Shown: in pieces, positions 52,653 through 64,000 of the stretch | Numbering within the stretch: the stretch's first letter is position 1 | How the letters are laid out: each line of letters starts with the position of its first letter | Assembly (NCBI RefSeq): GCF_018977255.1 | Contig: NW_024704743.1 | Span: forward strand, 103,976,001 to 104,040,000 | Direction: 5' to 3' | Origin: Callorhinchus milii | Taxonomy: Eukaryota | Length of the DNA: 64,000 nt | Notes under the pieces: generated by a model | Database searches by the model: none | What the model was told of the DNA's origin: nothing | The model's input: only the letters and a program-made list of their open reading frames with translations | Made by a program: the position numbers and the translations under genes

Positions 52653-55197
52653 CAGCATCTGGTGATTAAGGCCAGATATACATCTGGTAATGCAGTCAAT
52701 ATTCACTGAACAAAACTGCAGTCCTTCAATATAATGAGAACGGCAGAATAAGAGTGATAAAACTGAGGCTTTCCTTAATACACCATCGCTAGCTCTATTG
52801 CTCGACATTCAAACTAAAGACATTAAAACAAGTTCATTTTTTTAAAAAAGTCTTAGTTAAACAACTGTTAATGCGAATTAAGGATTTGGCCAAAATCTAA
52901 ATAATCTGTAAAGTTAAGAAAAATACTTGCATAAAAATTTCATGAAAGTAGACTCTACTGCTTGCCCACCTTTAGTCTGAAAACTTTCTAACAGTTATGA
53001 TTTTTTAAATTCTATTTTTTTGCCCAATCCCATGATCTGGTAACCGCTCAATACATTAGGTCTTAGAAATAGGATTTATTTTATTGATAAATATTTATGT
53101 GTTCTAAAATTAAAGCCTATATACTGAAGAAAAGTCATGTGCTTAAAATGATGGAAATTATATTCTTCAGATATTAGAATTTAATCATAAAGAACATAAG
53201 TTTCACAATAATTTTAAAATGTGTTAATTACAATTTTGAGTGAAAATACGATTATGATGAACCTTGAGAAATCAAGTCTAAATTGTCAATTGTGTGGGAA
53301 ACGAAAAGCATATAGATGCTCACACCATCACAAGCTTCCATTAGTACCGATGAAAGAAGTGTTACTCAGGGTGAAAGAATGAGAAAGAATCTGACAAAGT
53401 CAACAGCCTTGCAAGTGCATAGTCAAAATCCAGAAGAGAATCAGCTGATCCAAAAAATGGAAAGACTCAATGTTCCAGTAACATTGCAATGTTGTCACAG
53501 TGATTACTTTCTTCCAACATCAGTCATTATTTTGGAGGGAACAATCTAACAATATCTCGCAAACTAGAATAATTTAAACTCAACACAATACTAAGGAAAA
53601 ATGCTGAAAGTAAGTGAAGATGGCAGCTGTGCAATTTAAACTGGGCTTGTTTGAGTCTTGCAGAAGACAGCGCTTCAAGTTTACTCAACAAACGATGATG
53701 CTCAAAACATTGGATATACAGTTCAACTTAGTAAGTTGTATTTGTGAAATTACCGTGGATCTAGTATCGTCTATGAATCCTTTATCCTGGATTTTTTTTA
53801 TATGATGGAATATTCATACATTGTTTACCTTTAGTGCAGTTTCAGGAGAAATTAGGTGATTTTTAAATCAATATTCAGGTAATTATTGATTTAAAAGCCA
53901 CTTATTCATTCATGGCTGGTGAGGGTCTGCAAAAGTCAACAGTAGCAAAACATGGAAGCAGCTGAGAGGGCTTGCAATTGGTATACTGCCGACAGTTACA
54001 TTACTTAGTTACCTCAGTCTTCAATGGTCAGAAACTGGAAACTGAGGTAATGATGGTATCAAGTATATGGCTCAAAAAAACCCTACTTTGGTTTCCTTGC
54101 ACAGTACATATGGAGTTTAACACCGAGAGCAGCCGTACAGTAAAGAGCATGCTCTTGGAATATATGGGCTTTTTGGACACTGTCCATTTATTTTGTGACT
54201 TTGAAAAGCCATTTTTTGTTGTTTGATTTTCTCTCACTCTGTTGCACGCAGTCCTTGTTCTGAATTTTTTTTGATGGAGAAAAAAAACAGGTTTTGAGTG
54301 ACAAAGCAATTAAAGTATAACAAAAAAAATTAAACCCAATAGCTCTAAGTAATACCAGTCTGAATAGCAATCATGAGATAGATCAAACGGGACCTTTTTG
54401 TTGGTGGAATTTCTTTTCACAAAAAGAAAATCAATAAGTAATCTAACATTTTTCTCATTCTTTCAAACCTCTGCATACAATTAGGATTTATACATAAATC
54501 ATACAAAATTCACTTCACGGTTGTTGTGGGGTACTGCTTTGCACAAACTGGCTACTGCATTTGCTCGATCCACTCTTTACTGTAAATTCTCTGAAGCGCT
54601 TTGTGTCTACCTCCCAACATGAAACACTATTTCAAATTCAAGTATTATTTGACTGCTTAGTTAGCTACTCCCTGCCCCAAGCTCGACATCAGGCACCAAG
54701 ATGCTATCCCGCTTGAAGGGCGTTAGATAAATGCAAGTTGTTTTTGTTCTGTTATTAATACGCAGATGCCTAGTTTGACAAATACAATTGGTAATTTAAA
54801 ACTAGAAAGCTTGGTTTACGTTGAAAATGATAGAAGGGAGGTCACAGAAAAAACCTGAATAACCCCACTTGAAGTGAGCTTGTGGCAGAGGTTCTATTCA
54901 TGAAGTTGTTCCCAAGCTCCATTCAATTTTTGCCATGATATTCTGCACTTTTATGAATTGTTGAGCAAAGCCAGTTTTTGACAGAACCAAAATCTATGAC
55001 ACACCAGACCATTTGACCTATGGTTTTAGTCATGTTTGCTTCTTCAATAAAATAATTTATCTCCACCCAATTCCCTGCTTTTCGTTTAATACTAGATCTA
55101 TGTGGTTGGGTCCCCACTTGTAGATGTGTATCTTTTCTTATAAACATTCCACCAACCACTCAGCATAAAATCTGAAGAGTGGCTTCTCCTCAAGGCC

Positions 55198-56243
55198 AAC
55201 AACAACAACAAACTACACTGTATAGCGCTCTTCACGTCGGAAAGATGTCCCACGGCGTTGGCCAATCAGGAGTTTTGGACCTGAGTTGGGGTCAGAAAGG
55301 GAGGATGGCAGGGGAGGTGGGGGTGGGATGGTGCTCGAAGGCATGATCGAACAGGAAGGTCTTCAGACGGGATTTAAAGGGGGCAAGAGATGGGGTGAGG
55401 TGGAGGGATTGCAGGATGGAGTTCTAGAGTGTGGTGCGGAAATGCTGAATGCACAACCACCAATGGTGGGAAGTGAAGTGTGGGGCACCTGAAGCAGGCC
55501 AGGGTCTGCCGAGCGGAGGAAGTGGACAGGCTGATATGGAGTTATGAGGTTGGAGAGGTGTGGGGGAGCAAGATGGTGGAGGGCCTTGAAGGTAAGAACG
55601 AAGGTTTTGTACTTGATTCTCTGAGGAATGGGGAGCCAGTGAAGCTGGGCAAGAATGGGTGTGATGGGTTCCAGGAGCCTGGTGTGGGAGAGGACATGAG
55701 CTGCAGAGTTCTGAATAATCTGCAGCTTGTGGAGTGAAGAGTTGGGAAGTCCAGTGAGCAGGCAGTTGGCGCGGTCAAGCTGCAACGTAATGAAAGCATG
55801 GATCAAGGTGTTGGCAGCCTGCGGTGAGAGGCAGTGGTAGAGGCAGGCAATGTTGCAGAGGTAGTGGAAAGGCGAAATGGGTCATGGCACGAATGTGGGG
55901 TTTGAAGGATAGCTGAGGGTCGAAAAGGACACCAAGGTTTCGGATTGGCTCGGTGAGGTGAAGAGTGCAGCCATGAATGGTGATAGTGTCAGCAGCTGAG
56001 GTGAGGAGGCTCTGTTGGGAACCAAGCAGGAGGGCCTCTGTAGATATGTATTTGTAGGAGGGGTAGGAGTTCATATGCCTCCAGGGCAACGAAGAGGGCT
56101 TGGAGGGGGATTTTTCTCTAGATGCGATAGGAGATGCACGTGGGGTAGGTGGCAGGTAGGGGGATGGAGGAGTTAAGGGAGATAAAATAGTGATCTGAAA
56201 TGTCTTTGTCAGTATTGGTGACATTGGAGATGGTGAGGCCACT
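55198..56243 (-). mobile_element. Internally deleted L2 LINE
   Basis: 3' tail and RT C-terminus ([22 protein letters not shown]) at 55198-56040 are joined to an endonuclease-end-like segment (GLTISNVTNTDKDISDHYFI) at ~56040-56243. Confidence 0.85.
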
Positions 56244-58099
56244 TCAGGTTATGAACTTCTTCCACAGTAACTTGGTTAATCGACTATTTTACAAGGTTGG
56301 TTTTCAAGTCTCATAAACAGTCAGTCCACAGGCATTACAAATATGCCTATCACCGCTATCACCATCAGCAGTGACACATTATGTTGTCTAAATCGACTTC
56401 CTCCTTTTATGTCAATGTTTGAGCTGAACACTCTTGCAAGCATCGTACTATTAAGGCTACACCCAGAATAGTCAGGATTCAGGTTCTTATTAAGAAAACA
56501 TTCTTTACTCACAACGGATGTTCACTTTCTCAAATAAGCCTAGCTCAGTATCTTTTGGACCGTGTTAGTCTATCCTAAGTGGGTTGTTTGAATCTCCTGC
56601 TAATGCCTTTAATAGAATCCAGATCTTCAAAAGTCTTTGTTTATTAGGCAGTTTTAGTGTATCCTATCTCGATTGTTTGAATTGTGATAATGTTTGTTTT
56701 AATCTGAAAACCATACCTGTCAATACAGGAAATATGGCTGACGATATCCTTCACTCGACAGGAAGGATTTTTAGAAGTTATACCCAGTGTGGTGTTTTCA
56801 TTGGTGCTTTACTAAGTCCTCAAAAGTGGCTTTAATTTGCTCCTTATCTCTCTCCCTCAGAAAGGGTCTTTATTTGAAAGTACAGTCATTATGAGCAACA
56901 CTTATCTGTACAACATGATACACTTGACCATTGTTCCAGTTCTACATTAAGACCCTTTACTTAATGGACTCTTGCCAGTCTGGTCATTCATGTAGTGTTA
57001 CCGTTATTCAATCAAGTACAGTAGTATCTAACTGCGAGAGGCTTACATCATAATTGCACCACTTCAGGTAGTTTACATATAACCTTAACAATTGTAGAAA
57101 CCAATCCATAACTGGAAGTTGCTTTGAAAATAAAATATTTTGCCCCATTTATGCAGTTTTTGAGCTTTCTGGAGGAACAAATATTTTTCTCTGTAGCTGT
57201 AATATGTGTATATTTAATAAGGACTTCAATCTTGGCTTTTCCATTGTTTAAGTAAACTATTTGGTAAAATACTTACTTGAATTGAAATTAATTATATTGG
57301 CTGCATTAGTCCTTCGCCAATTGAAAAGTTTTATAATGCAAGATAAAGCAAAGCATTGAGTATGCTTGGTGAACTATCGCCAACATTAAAAAGGTTACAA
57401 AGGACCATAAAGTCCATAAATGTTATCGATTTTGTTTAAAAAAAAGTGAATCAGTGTATATCAAAAAATTCTAAGAGTGGTTAATCGATTGGTCCATGGT
57501 CTATGTTGTTGTATGTCATAAGGATATAAAACTGGTGTTCTTTGGGTTACACGATGCAGTACGAGTGAATGAAGAGTGAATATTAGAAATGCTGGGGTAA
57601 TTGAATGGAAATGGGTTTCCTCATATAGTATAAAGAAGGCCCTACTAAAATAAATTAGTTATCATTGAAATTGTATTACGTTTAAGGAAATTATTGAACC
57701 TCGCTAATCTTCTCATTTCAAATGAGCACCAAGGGTCCCTTCCATTCTGGTGATGGTTCACTGCATATTGAAAAAAATGTGTTGAAACGAAGATCACTGA
57801 ATCAAACAAAAAAAAAGAAGCAGCAAAATATGCACATGCAAATTGTTCATGTAGGTTGTGGTAGAAAAAGCACAAGTGGTTCTTGTGAAAGTTTGTTGCT
57901 GAGAAAATTAGGCACGTGAATTAACGCAGTGCTTGATATTCTGAAGATTGTTATCTGATGAATGTGCTCAACTGAATTGCAACTACCTTCTTTGTAAGAC
58001 TCTAAAGTGCACAAGGTTGCTGTAGCATATTTAAAAAAAACATATAATCCTTGCATTTTTGACACAGCGCTTTCATGTCGGGAGGTGAATGTATGAATG

Positions 58100-58630
58100 T
58101 AATACCATGTTGTAATACACTGGGAAACACAAAATCTCTTGCTTTTGAGGGAGGTGCAGAGGAGATTTACTAGGATTTGGCCAGGATGAGTGATTTGACC
58201 TATGGACACACAGGAGGAAATGGGCATGTTTTCATTGGAACAGGTAAGAGTGAGGGATGATTTGATTGAGGTTTTCAAATTACAAGGGTTTTGACAAGAG
58301 TAGAAAGGGTGATATTATTTCCCCTAGACAAAATGTCAGTGTCAAGAGGCCATAAGATAATTACCAAAGAAACAAAGTGGAATTTAGTTTACGAAGGGAG
58401 ATGTTTATGCAGAGAAATCTCCATGGTTTCTTTATTCCCGTGTCTTCAGTATTCTAAACGATTGAGAGGATAATGAAAGATTATTTCAATGGTTTGGTCA
58501 ATCAGTAACAAGGAGGCATAAATTCTGGATCATCACTGGAAGAAACTTTGGGACACAGAGGGTCATCAGAATATGGAATGCTTTACAACATGGCAGGAGG
58601 GCTCATATAAGATCATCTTGTTTAGCTCTT
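58100..58630 (+). mobile_element. Old CR1 3' fragments
   Basis: GAGGTGCAGAGGAGATTTACTAGG (VQRRFTR), GATTTGATTGAGGTTTTCAAA (DLIEVFK) and RGHK motifs. Confidence 0.7.
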
Positions 58631-59113
58631 CACATAGCCAATAGTGGGACTTCCATTGATTATACAATCTTAAACTAACCCAGACTTAAGTAGGTTTTGC
58701 ATATTGTTAGAAAATAAAATCAGCCAAATCTGTAAGGAAATAACGCTAATTCCTTTAACCAGATATCAGACTGTTTTATTATTATTCGTTCGTTATTCCC
58801 CAATATCTCAATGGGTCAGACCAAAGGCCGGTACAATCAACAGATCTTATAACAGAATAACACCACTATAGATATCTCGAGTTCAAGAGTTCAACACTGT
58901 GTCTTTACAGCACACAAGCTTGATTCTTCGTGCTTTCAGTCTTCTTGCTTACAGCTTCCAATCTTCCATCTGATATCCTCAGTCTTAGTGTTTCCAGCTC
59001 TCAGTCTTCCATCTCCCGTATCCTTGTCTCCGCAGCCCGGGATGGCCCCATCTCCCGTATCCTTGTCTCCACGACCCGGGACGGCCCCGTTCACAAAGTT
59101 ATCGGAACGCTTA

Positions 59114-59430
59114 ATAATAATAATAATAATAATCCTTGCATTTGATATAGTGCTTTTCACGTCGGGAGGACGTCCCAAAGCGCTTCACAGAACACACTGT
59201 AAAGTGAATTGACTGTATATTTGTGGGCGAACGCGGCGGCCAATTGCGCACAGCAATGTCCCACAGTCGTAGATTGAAAATGACCAATTTATTATTGTTT
59301 TTTGTTTTGGAGGGATTATTATTAGGCGTGTGGAGTAAGGAAACTTGCCCAAGGTTTCGTCCTGCCTGGGATTGAACTCAGGTCTCTCGCTCGCAAAGCG
59401 AGTGCTCGAACCACTGAGCTACAGGACTCC
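59114..59430 (-). mobile_element. Young tRNA-SINE nested in the 3' LTR
   Basis: Full-length short-subfamily copy; (AC)GCTTA duplicated at 59107-59113 and 59431-59437; absent from the other two LTRs. Confidence 0.93.
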
Positions 59431-60037
59431 ACGCTTATACCAATGTTCATCCAATCATGGTGCGGACATTAGATCACCTGGTCGAAATCATGCTGGGTGT
59501 ACATGAGCGCCTCATGGGGTGTACGTGCCTCACACACATACACATTGTCCTTAAGTCCCCTGTTATCTGATCTAATTGTCTAAGATAGAGGATTGATCAG
59601 TTTAGGGCTGTATCTGGTGCTCATTATTTTGTGGTGTGGGATCATTAGTACATTCCTTTTAAGTGACTGGTTATTTCTTATCAGTATCCCGGGATGGTAC
59701 CAGGGTCCTCTAGTTTAAGCAACTTGCTCATTAGTTGCTATTCTTGAGGGTTGCCTTCTGTCGCTTGGCAGGCCCTGTCAGAATCTAGCGACTTACTGCT
59801 CAGTCGAGATCCTGTGTCGACCGGTACCTTGGACCGTTACCTCTGTGGCTTGTTGTCATTTACTGATAAGAGGTGACCCCCTGCCCCTGTCCGTTATTCT
59901 TTCAAAAACAGAGAAAACCAGATGTGTCCTATCCCATCACTGTCAGTCCAGTTGTTCCCCACACTTAACTTAAAAGTTAACCCATTCACAACATCTATTA
60001 TGATTCTAGCAGTATACAAAAAGTGTATATTCTAACA

Positions 60038-60050
60038 GTCCCCACCTTGA
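60038..60050 (-). promoter_or_regulatory. Polypurine tract of the LTR element
   Basis: Minus strand TCAAGGTGGGGAC directly abuts the TG start of the 3' LTR. Confidence 0.8.
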
Positions 60051-60740
60051 TACCGAATGAACATGAGGTGTCACAAACTACACAAAGAAAGATAATGCAA
60101 AGTCAGACTAATAGTACAAGGACACACAGCCTGGGAGGGAGGATGGTACTTCCAGGAGGCAAACTCTCTTAATGAACTTTCTCTCAAGTTTCACAGCTCA
60201 GTCAAAACCAACAGGTTATTTCCAGCGACCACAGTCACAATTGAAATACAACAACATTCAATTACTGTCGGTCCCGGTCCCTCTCCTTACCCGGAGGTAA
60301 TAAGGGATTTCCCACTGACTGTTCAAACGCCCGAAAGTTACTCCATCACTTACGCAATTTCCACATCGACACACAATATATCAACATATTCGAATGTCGT
60401 TCACACGCACATCAGTGCACTTAAATACCTGGTGCGATCGCCAGCGTACTCAAACGCCTGACTGTTACTGAAGCTTGGTCCCGACTACACCTTAGTGTGG
60501 CATCCACAGCTTACTCAAGCTTGGCCGCACCTACACATTGGTGTGTCACCCACAGCTTACTCAAAACTACTGTCCTCTACTTGAAGTATTCAAACATTCA
60601 AGGAGACAATCACCAACTTCCTAGCTAATATAGTCAAATATTCAGCTTTAAAAACAATCAGAATTGATGTATTCAAACATGCAACAGCATTAAACGTTCG
60701 TCAAGGCTTGATTGTACCTCCCTTGTCTGTTTACTGGGGA

Positions 60741-60758
60741 ATCCTGCCGACTACGCCA
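60741..60758 (-). promoter_or_regulatory. Primer-binding site complementary to the tRNA-Ser 3' end
   Basis: Minus strand TGGCGTAGTCGGCAGGAT, 4 nt after the 5' LTR. The plus strand ATCCTGCCGACTACGCCA equals the 3' 18 nt (including CCA) of vertebrate tRNA-Ser(AGA/TGA) as I recall it. Confidence 0.9.
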
Positions 60759-62609
60759 AATCTGTTAGAAAATAAAATCAGCCAAATCTGTAAGGAAATA
60801 ACGCTAATTCCTCTAACCAGATATCAGACTGTTTTATTATTATTCGTTCGTTATTCCCCAATATCCCGATGGGTCAGACCAAAGGCCGGCACAATCGACA
60901 GATCTTATAACAGAATAACACCACTATAGATATCTCGAGTTCAAGAGTTCAACACTGTGTCTTTACAGCACACAAGCTTGATTCTTCATGCTTTCAGTCT
61001 TCTTGCTTACAGCTTCCAATCTTTCATCTGATATCCTCAGTCTTAGTGTTTCCAGCTCTCAGTCTTCCATCTCCATAGCCTTGTCTCCGCAGCCCGGGAT
61101 GGCCCCATCTCCCGTATCCTTGTCTCTGCGACCCGGGATGGCCCCATCTCCCGTATCCTTGTCTCTGCGACCCGGGATGGCCCCGTACACAAAGTTATTG
61201 GAACTCTTATACCGATGTTCATCCAATCATGGTGCGGACATTAGATCACCTGGGTGAAATCATGCTGGGTGTACGTGAGCACCTCATGGGGTGTACGTGC
61301 CTCACACACATACACATTGTCCTTAAGTCCCCTGTTATCTGATCTAATTGTCTAAGATAGAGGATTGATCAGTTTAGGGCTGTATCTGGTGCTCATTATT
61401 TTGTGGTGTGTGATCATTAGTACATTCCTTTTAAGTGACTGGTTATTTCTTATCAGTATCCCGGGATGGTACCAGGGTCCTCTAGTTTAAGCAACTTGCT
61501 CATTAGTTGCTATTCTTGAGGGTTGCCTTCTGTCGCTTGGCAGGCCCTGTCAGAATCTAGCGACTTACTGCTCAGTCGAGATCCTGTGTCGACTGGTACC
61601 TTGGACCGTTACCTCTGTGGCTTGTTGTCATTTACTGATAAGAGGTGACCCCCTGCCCCTGTCCGTTATTCTTTCAAAAACAGAGAAAACCAGATGTGTC
61701 CTATCCCATGACTGTCAGTCCAGTTGTCCCCCACACTTAACTTAAAATTTAACCTATTCACAACATCTATTATGATTCTAGCAGTATACAAAAAGTGTAT
61801 ATTCTAACAATATGAATTGACAATTGCAAACCGTGTATTCACTAATCACATCCATTATGTAAAAGGAATTGAGTTATCACTCACGGCTATTTGCAAAAAC
61901 AAGAATGGTTTAAATACATGAGTGTCAACTGTCTTTTACTATCTTTTTTTAAAATGGAAAAGAAAAGTTGGAGCTCTTCAGATTTGTTATTACAGTTTTG
62001 AAATTGGCAGCTGTGAACTGGTTCACATTTAAATTACCAAAACTCAAGTGGCCTAAACATTTAGATGGGTTGGAAAAAAAGCTACATCATCTAGTAGGGT
62101 TTCTTCATTCTTCAAATTACAACATTCTCCATGCTTCACAGCTCTGAGCCCAGCTGTCTGGGTCATTTGAGGGCAAGAAAAACAAAAGGGTCCACCACAA
62201 CACATTATGTGACGGCATTTAATGTAGCAGTGCCACCCAAAATGTATGATGAACTTGATCTGAACAAAAAATAAAGGGGATCATGACAGCTATGATAACA
62301 GCTTTGGATGTTGATTGTGTGGAGCACCCTTCATTTCAGAAACTGAATAGAGTACAAGGTTATTTGTTAAGTCAGATAATCTAATTTTCTATTTCACATC
62401 TCACAGGATATCGTGTCAGAAGTAAATATGGAAGAGGTTATGTAAGACACCCATAGCTAAGAATCTGCAAACCTGTGAACAAATCCCAACAGATAAATCC
62501 ACCCATTAATGAAAGTATGAAGTCACTGCTGTGGAGACCTTATTCAGATTCACTCAGGAAGTAAACGCTTACTCCATGAAATGGGTCTTAAATGATCCCA
62601 GTGAATGCA

Positions 62610-62654
62610 AATTGATTAATTGCACCATTTAATCAATGGTGCAATTAATCAATT
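62610..62654. repeat. Perfect inverted repeat with 20-bp arms and a 5-nt spacer
   Basis: AATTGATTAATTGCACCATT-TAATC-AATGGTGCAATTAATCAATT. Confidence 0.95.
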
Positions 62655-62799
62655 AATCAATAATCCGTATAAGTATTCATGTGACGTCACTTCCTGGTGC
62701 CTTTTTCAAATCCGCCAGGATAGGCTAAGTATAGTGTATATTCTACTATCCTTTTGCTATTTTATCCTCCCTTCCCCCCCGATCTCTGACACCTAAGTC

Positions 62800-64000
62800 A
62801 TGACCACTATCCCCCGCCCACCTCCCCCTCACTGTCTCCCGTAGCCCGCAGGCTGATGCTGCCCTGCTGATCACTCGATGCCGGTCTCTGCGTGCGCGTT
62901 TTGGCCACTGCCCTTACCCAAGCTGCACCCCCTGAAAATGGTCCTGTTCCCATCCCCCACATTCCGCTACTCCCACTCTGTCCTTCTCTCCCACTGCCCT
63001 CCTCGCCTTCTCTCTCTCCTGGCCCTCGCTCAACCACAATCACCCGGATGAAGTTAACCACCTGCTACCTTGACCTCAACCCATCCAGCTGCTGGTCACT
63101 CAACTCCCCCTCCTCTCCCCCCTGCTGGCCAACACAGTCAACCAGTATCTCTCTCCTCAGGCTCTTTCCACTCTCCCTGAAAACTGTTGTTATCACACCC
63201 CTCCTCAAAAAACCCACCCTCTATCCCACTAATCTCGCACACTACCATCCCATCTCCAACTTACCCCTCCTTGTCAAAGTCCTGGAACGCATTGTTGCAG
63301 GTTAACTTCGGTCACACCTCTCCCTCCACTCTCTCCTTGAGCCCCTGCAGTCTGGTTTTCGCGCTGCCCACAGTACAGAGACAGCACTTGTCAAAGTCAC
63401 AAGCGACATTCTCTCTATCTGTGACCAGGGCTCCCTCTGCCTCCTTGTCCTCCTGGATCTCTCTGCCGCATTTGACACAGTCGACCATGCCATCCTCCTC
63501 CATCGGCTCTCCTCCCTCATCTACCTTAGTGGGACCACACTCGCATGGTTCGAGTCCTACTTAACCAACCACCTCCATTTCAAAACACAAAATACTGACG
63601 AAGGATCGTGGACCCAAAACATTGACTCACTTTCCTTTCTCCATAGCTGCTGCCTGACCTGCTGAGTGTTCCCAGCGACTTCTGTTTTTGTTTTCAGACC
63701 TCCATTTCATCTCAGCAAATAGTTTCTCCTCCTGCCCCCACCCAGTCACCTGCGGGGAACCCCAGGGCTCTATCCTTGTCCCTCTTCTTTTCCTTATCTA
63801 TATGCTCCCTCTGGGTATTGTCATCCGCAGACACGGGGTAAACTTCCACATATTTGCGGATGACACACAAATCTACTTTGCCTCCTCCAGTATCGACTCC
63901 AGGTCCTGCCACCTTGTCTGGCAGACATCAAGGACTGGACGAGTGTAAACATCCTGCAGCTGAATATGGACAAGACAGAAACCATACTCCTTTGGCCCCT
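62800..64000 (+). mobile_element. Degenerate L2 LINE ORF2 fragment running off the window
   Basis: [52 protein letters not shown] and FADDTQ motifs with stops and frameshifts. The 5' limit is approximate. Confidence 0.9.
63583..63697 (+). mobile_element. ~115-bp short element with a degenerate hammerhead-like core (Penelope-associated), inserted in an L2
   Basis: Flanked by a 12-bp direct repeat ACCTCCATTTCA (63571-63582 and 63698-63709) that interrupts L2 RT sequence. Contains CTGACGA-A-GGATC-GTG-GACCC-AAAAC. Confidence 0.75.

Larger units (their letters stand above)
58705..61809 (-). mobile_element. Complete non-autonomous LTR retroelement (ERV-like): 5' LTR 60763-61809, interior 60038-60762, 3' LTR 58705-60037
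   Basis: Two highly similar ~1-kb direct repeats bounded by TGTTAGAA...TTCTAACA. ATAT target-site duplication at 58701-58704 and 61810-61813. The PBS and PPT both point to minus orientation. No gag/pol ORF in the interior. Confidence 0.93.

Noticed and set aside
44776..64000. EIF3H exons 1 and 2
   Set aside because: I found no sequence encoding the expected VVLKIIKHYQEEG...NCFPFP segment by eye. These exons probably lie beyond the window.

Overview
Vertebrate genomic DNA, most likely from a cartilaginous fish. This is inferred from the repeat families (Deu-domain tRNA-SINEs, shark-type CR1 and L2 LINEs). The only host gene I can support is EIF3H on the minus strand. Six coding exons (3-8; 168, 100, 150, 121, 133 and 98 nt, all GT-AG and in phase) run from 44775 to the stop at 25891, with a poly(A) signal at 25727-25732. 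Exons 1-2 were not found and probably lie beyond 64000. The rest is intron and 3' intergenic sequence dense with mobile elements, and most ORFs in the track are by-products of these repeats. Items the ORF track does not show: (1) a complete non-autonomous LTR element in intron 2 (two ~1-kb LTRs, 725-bp non-coding interior, perfect tRNA-Ser PBS, PPT, 4-bp TSD) plus a related solo LTR; (2) a ~115-bp element with a degenerate Penelope-type minimal hammerhead-ribozyme core, in two copies, one with a 12-bp TSD; (3) a decayed DIRS tyrosine-recombinase retrotransposon; (4) a Tigger/pogo-like MITE; (5) SINE subfamilies that keep the L2 3' stem but differ in the loop; (6) a perfect 20-bp inverted repeat next to an ETS-CRE motif. 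Family assignments come from recalled consensus motifs, not database searches.
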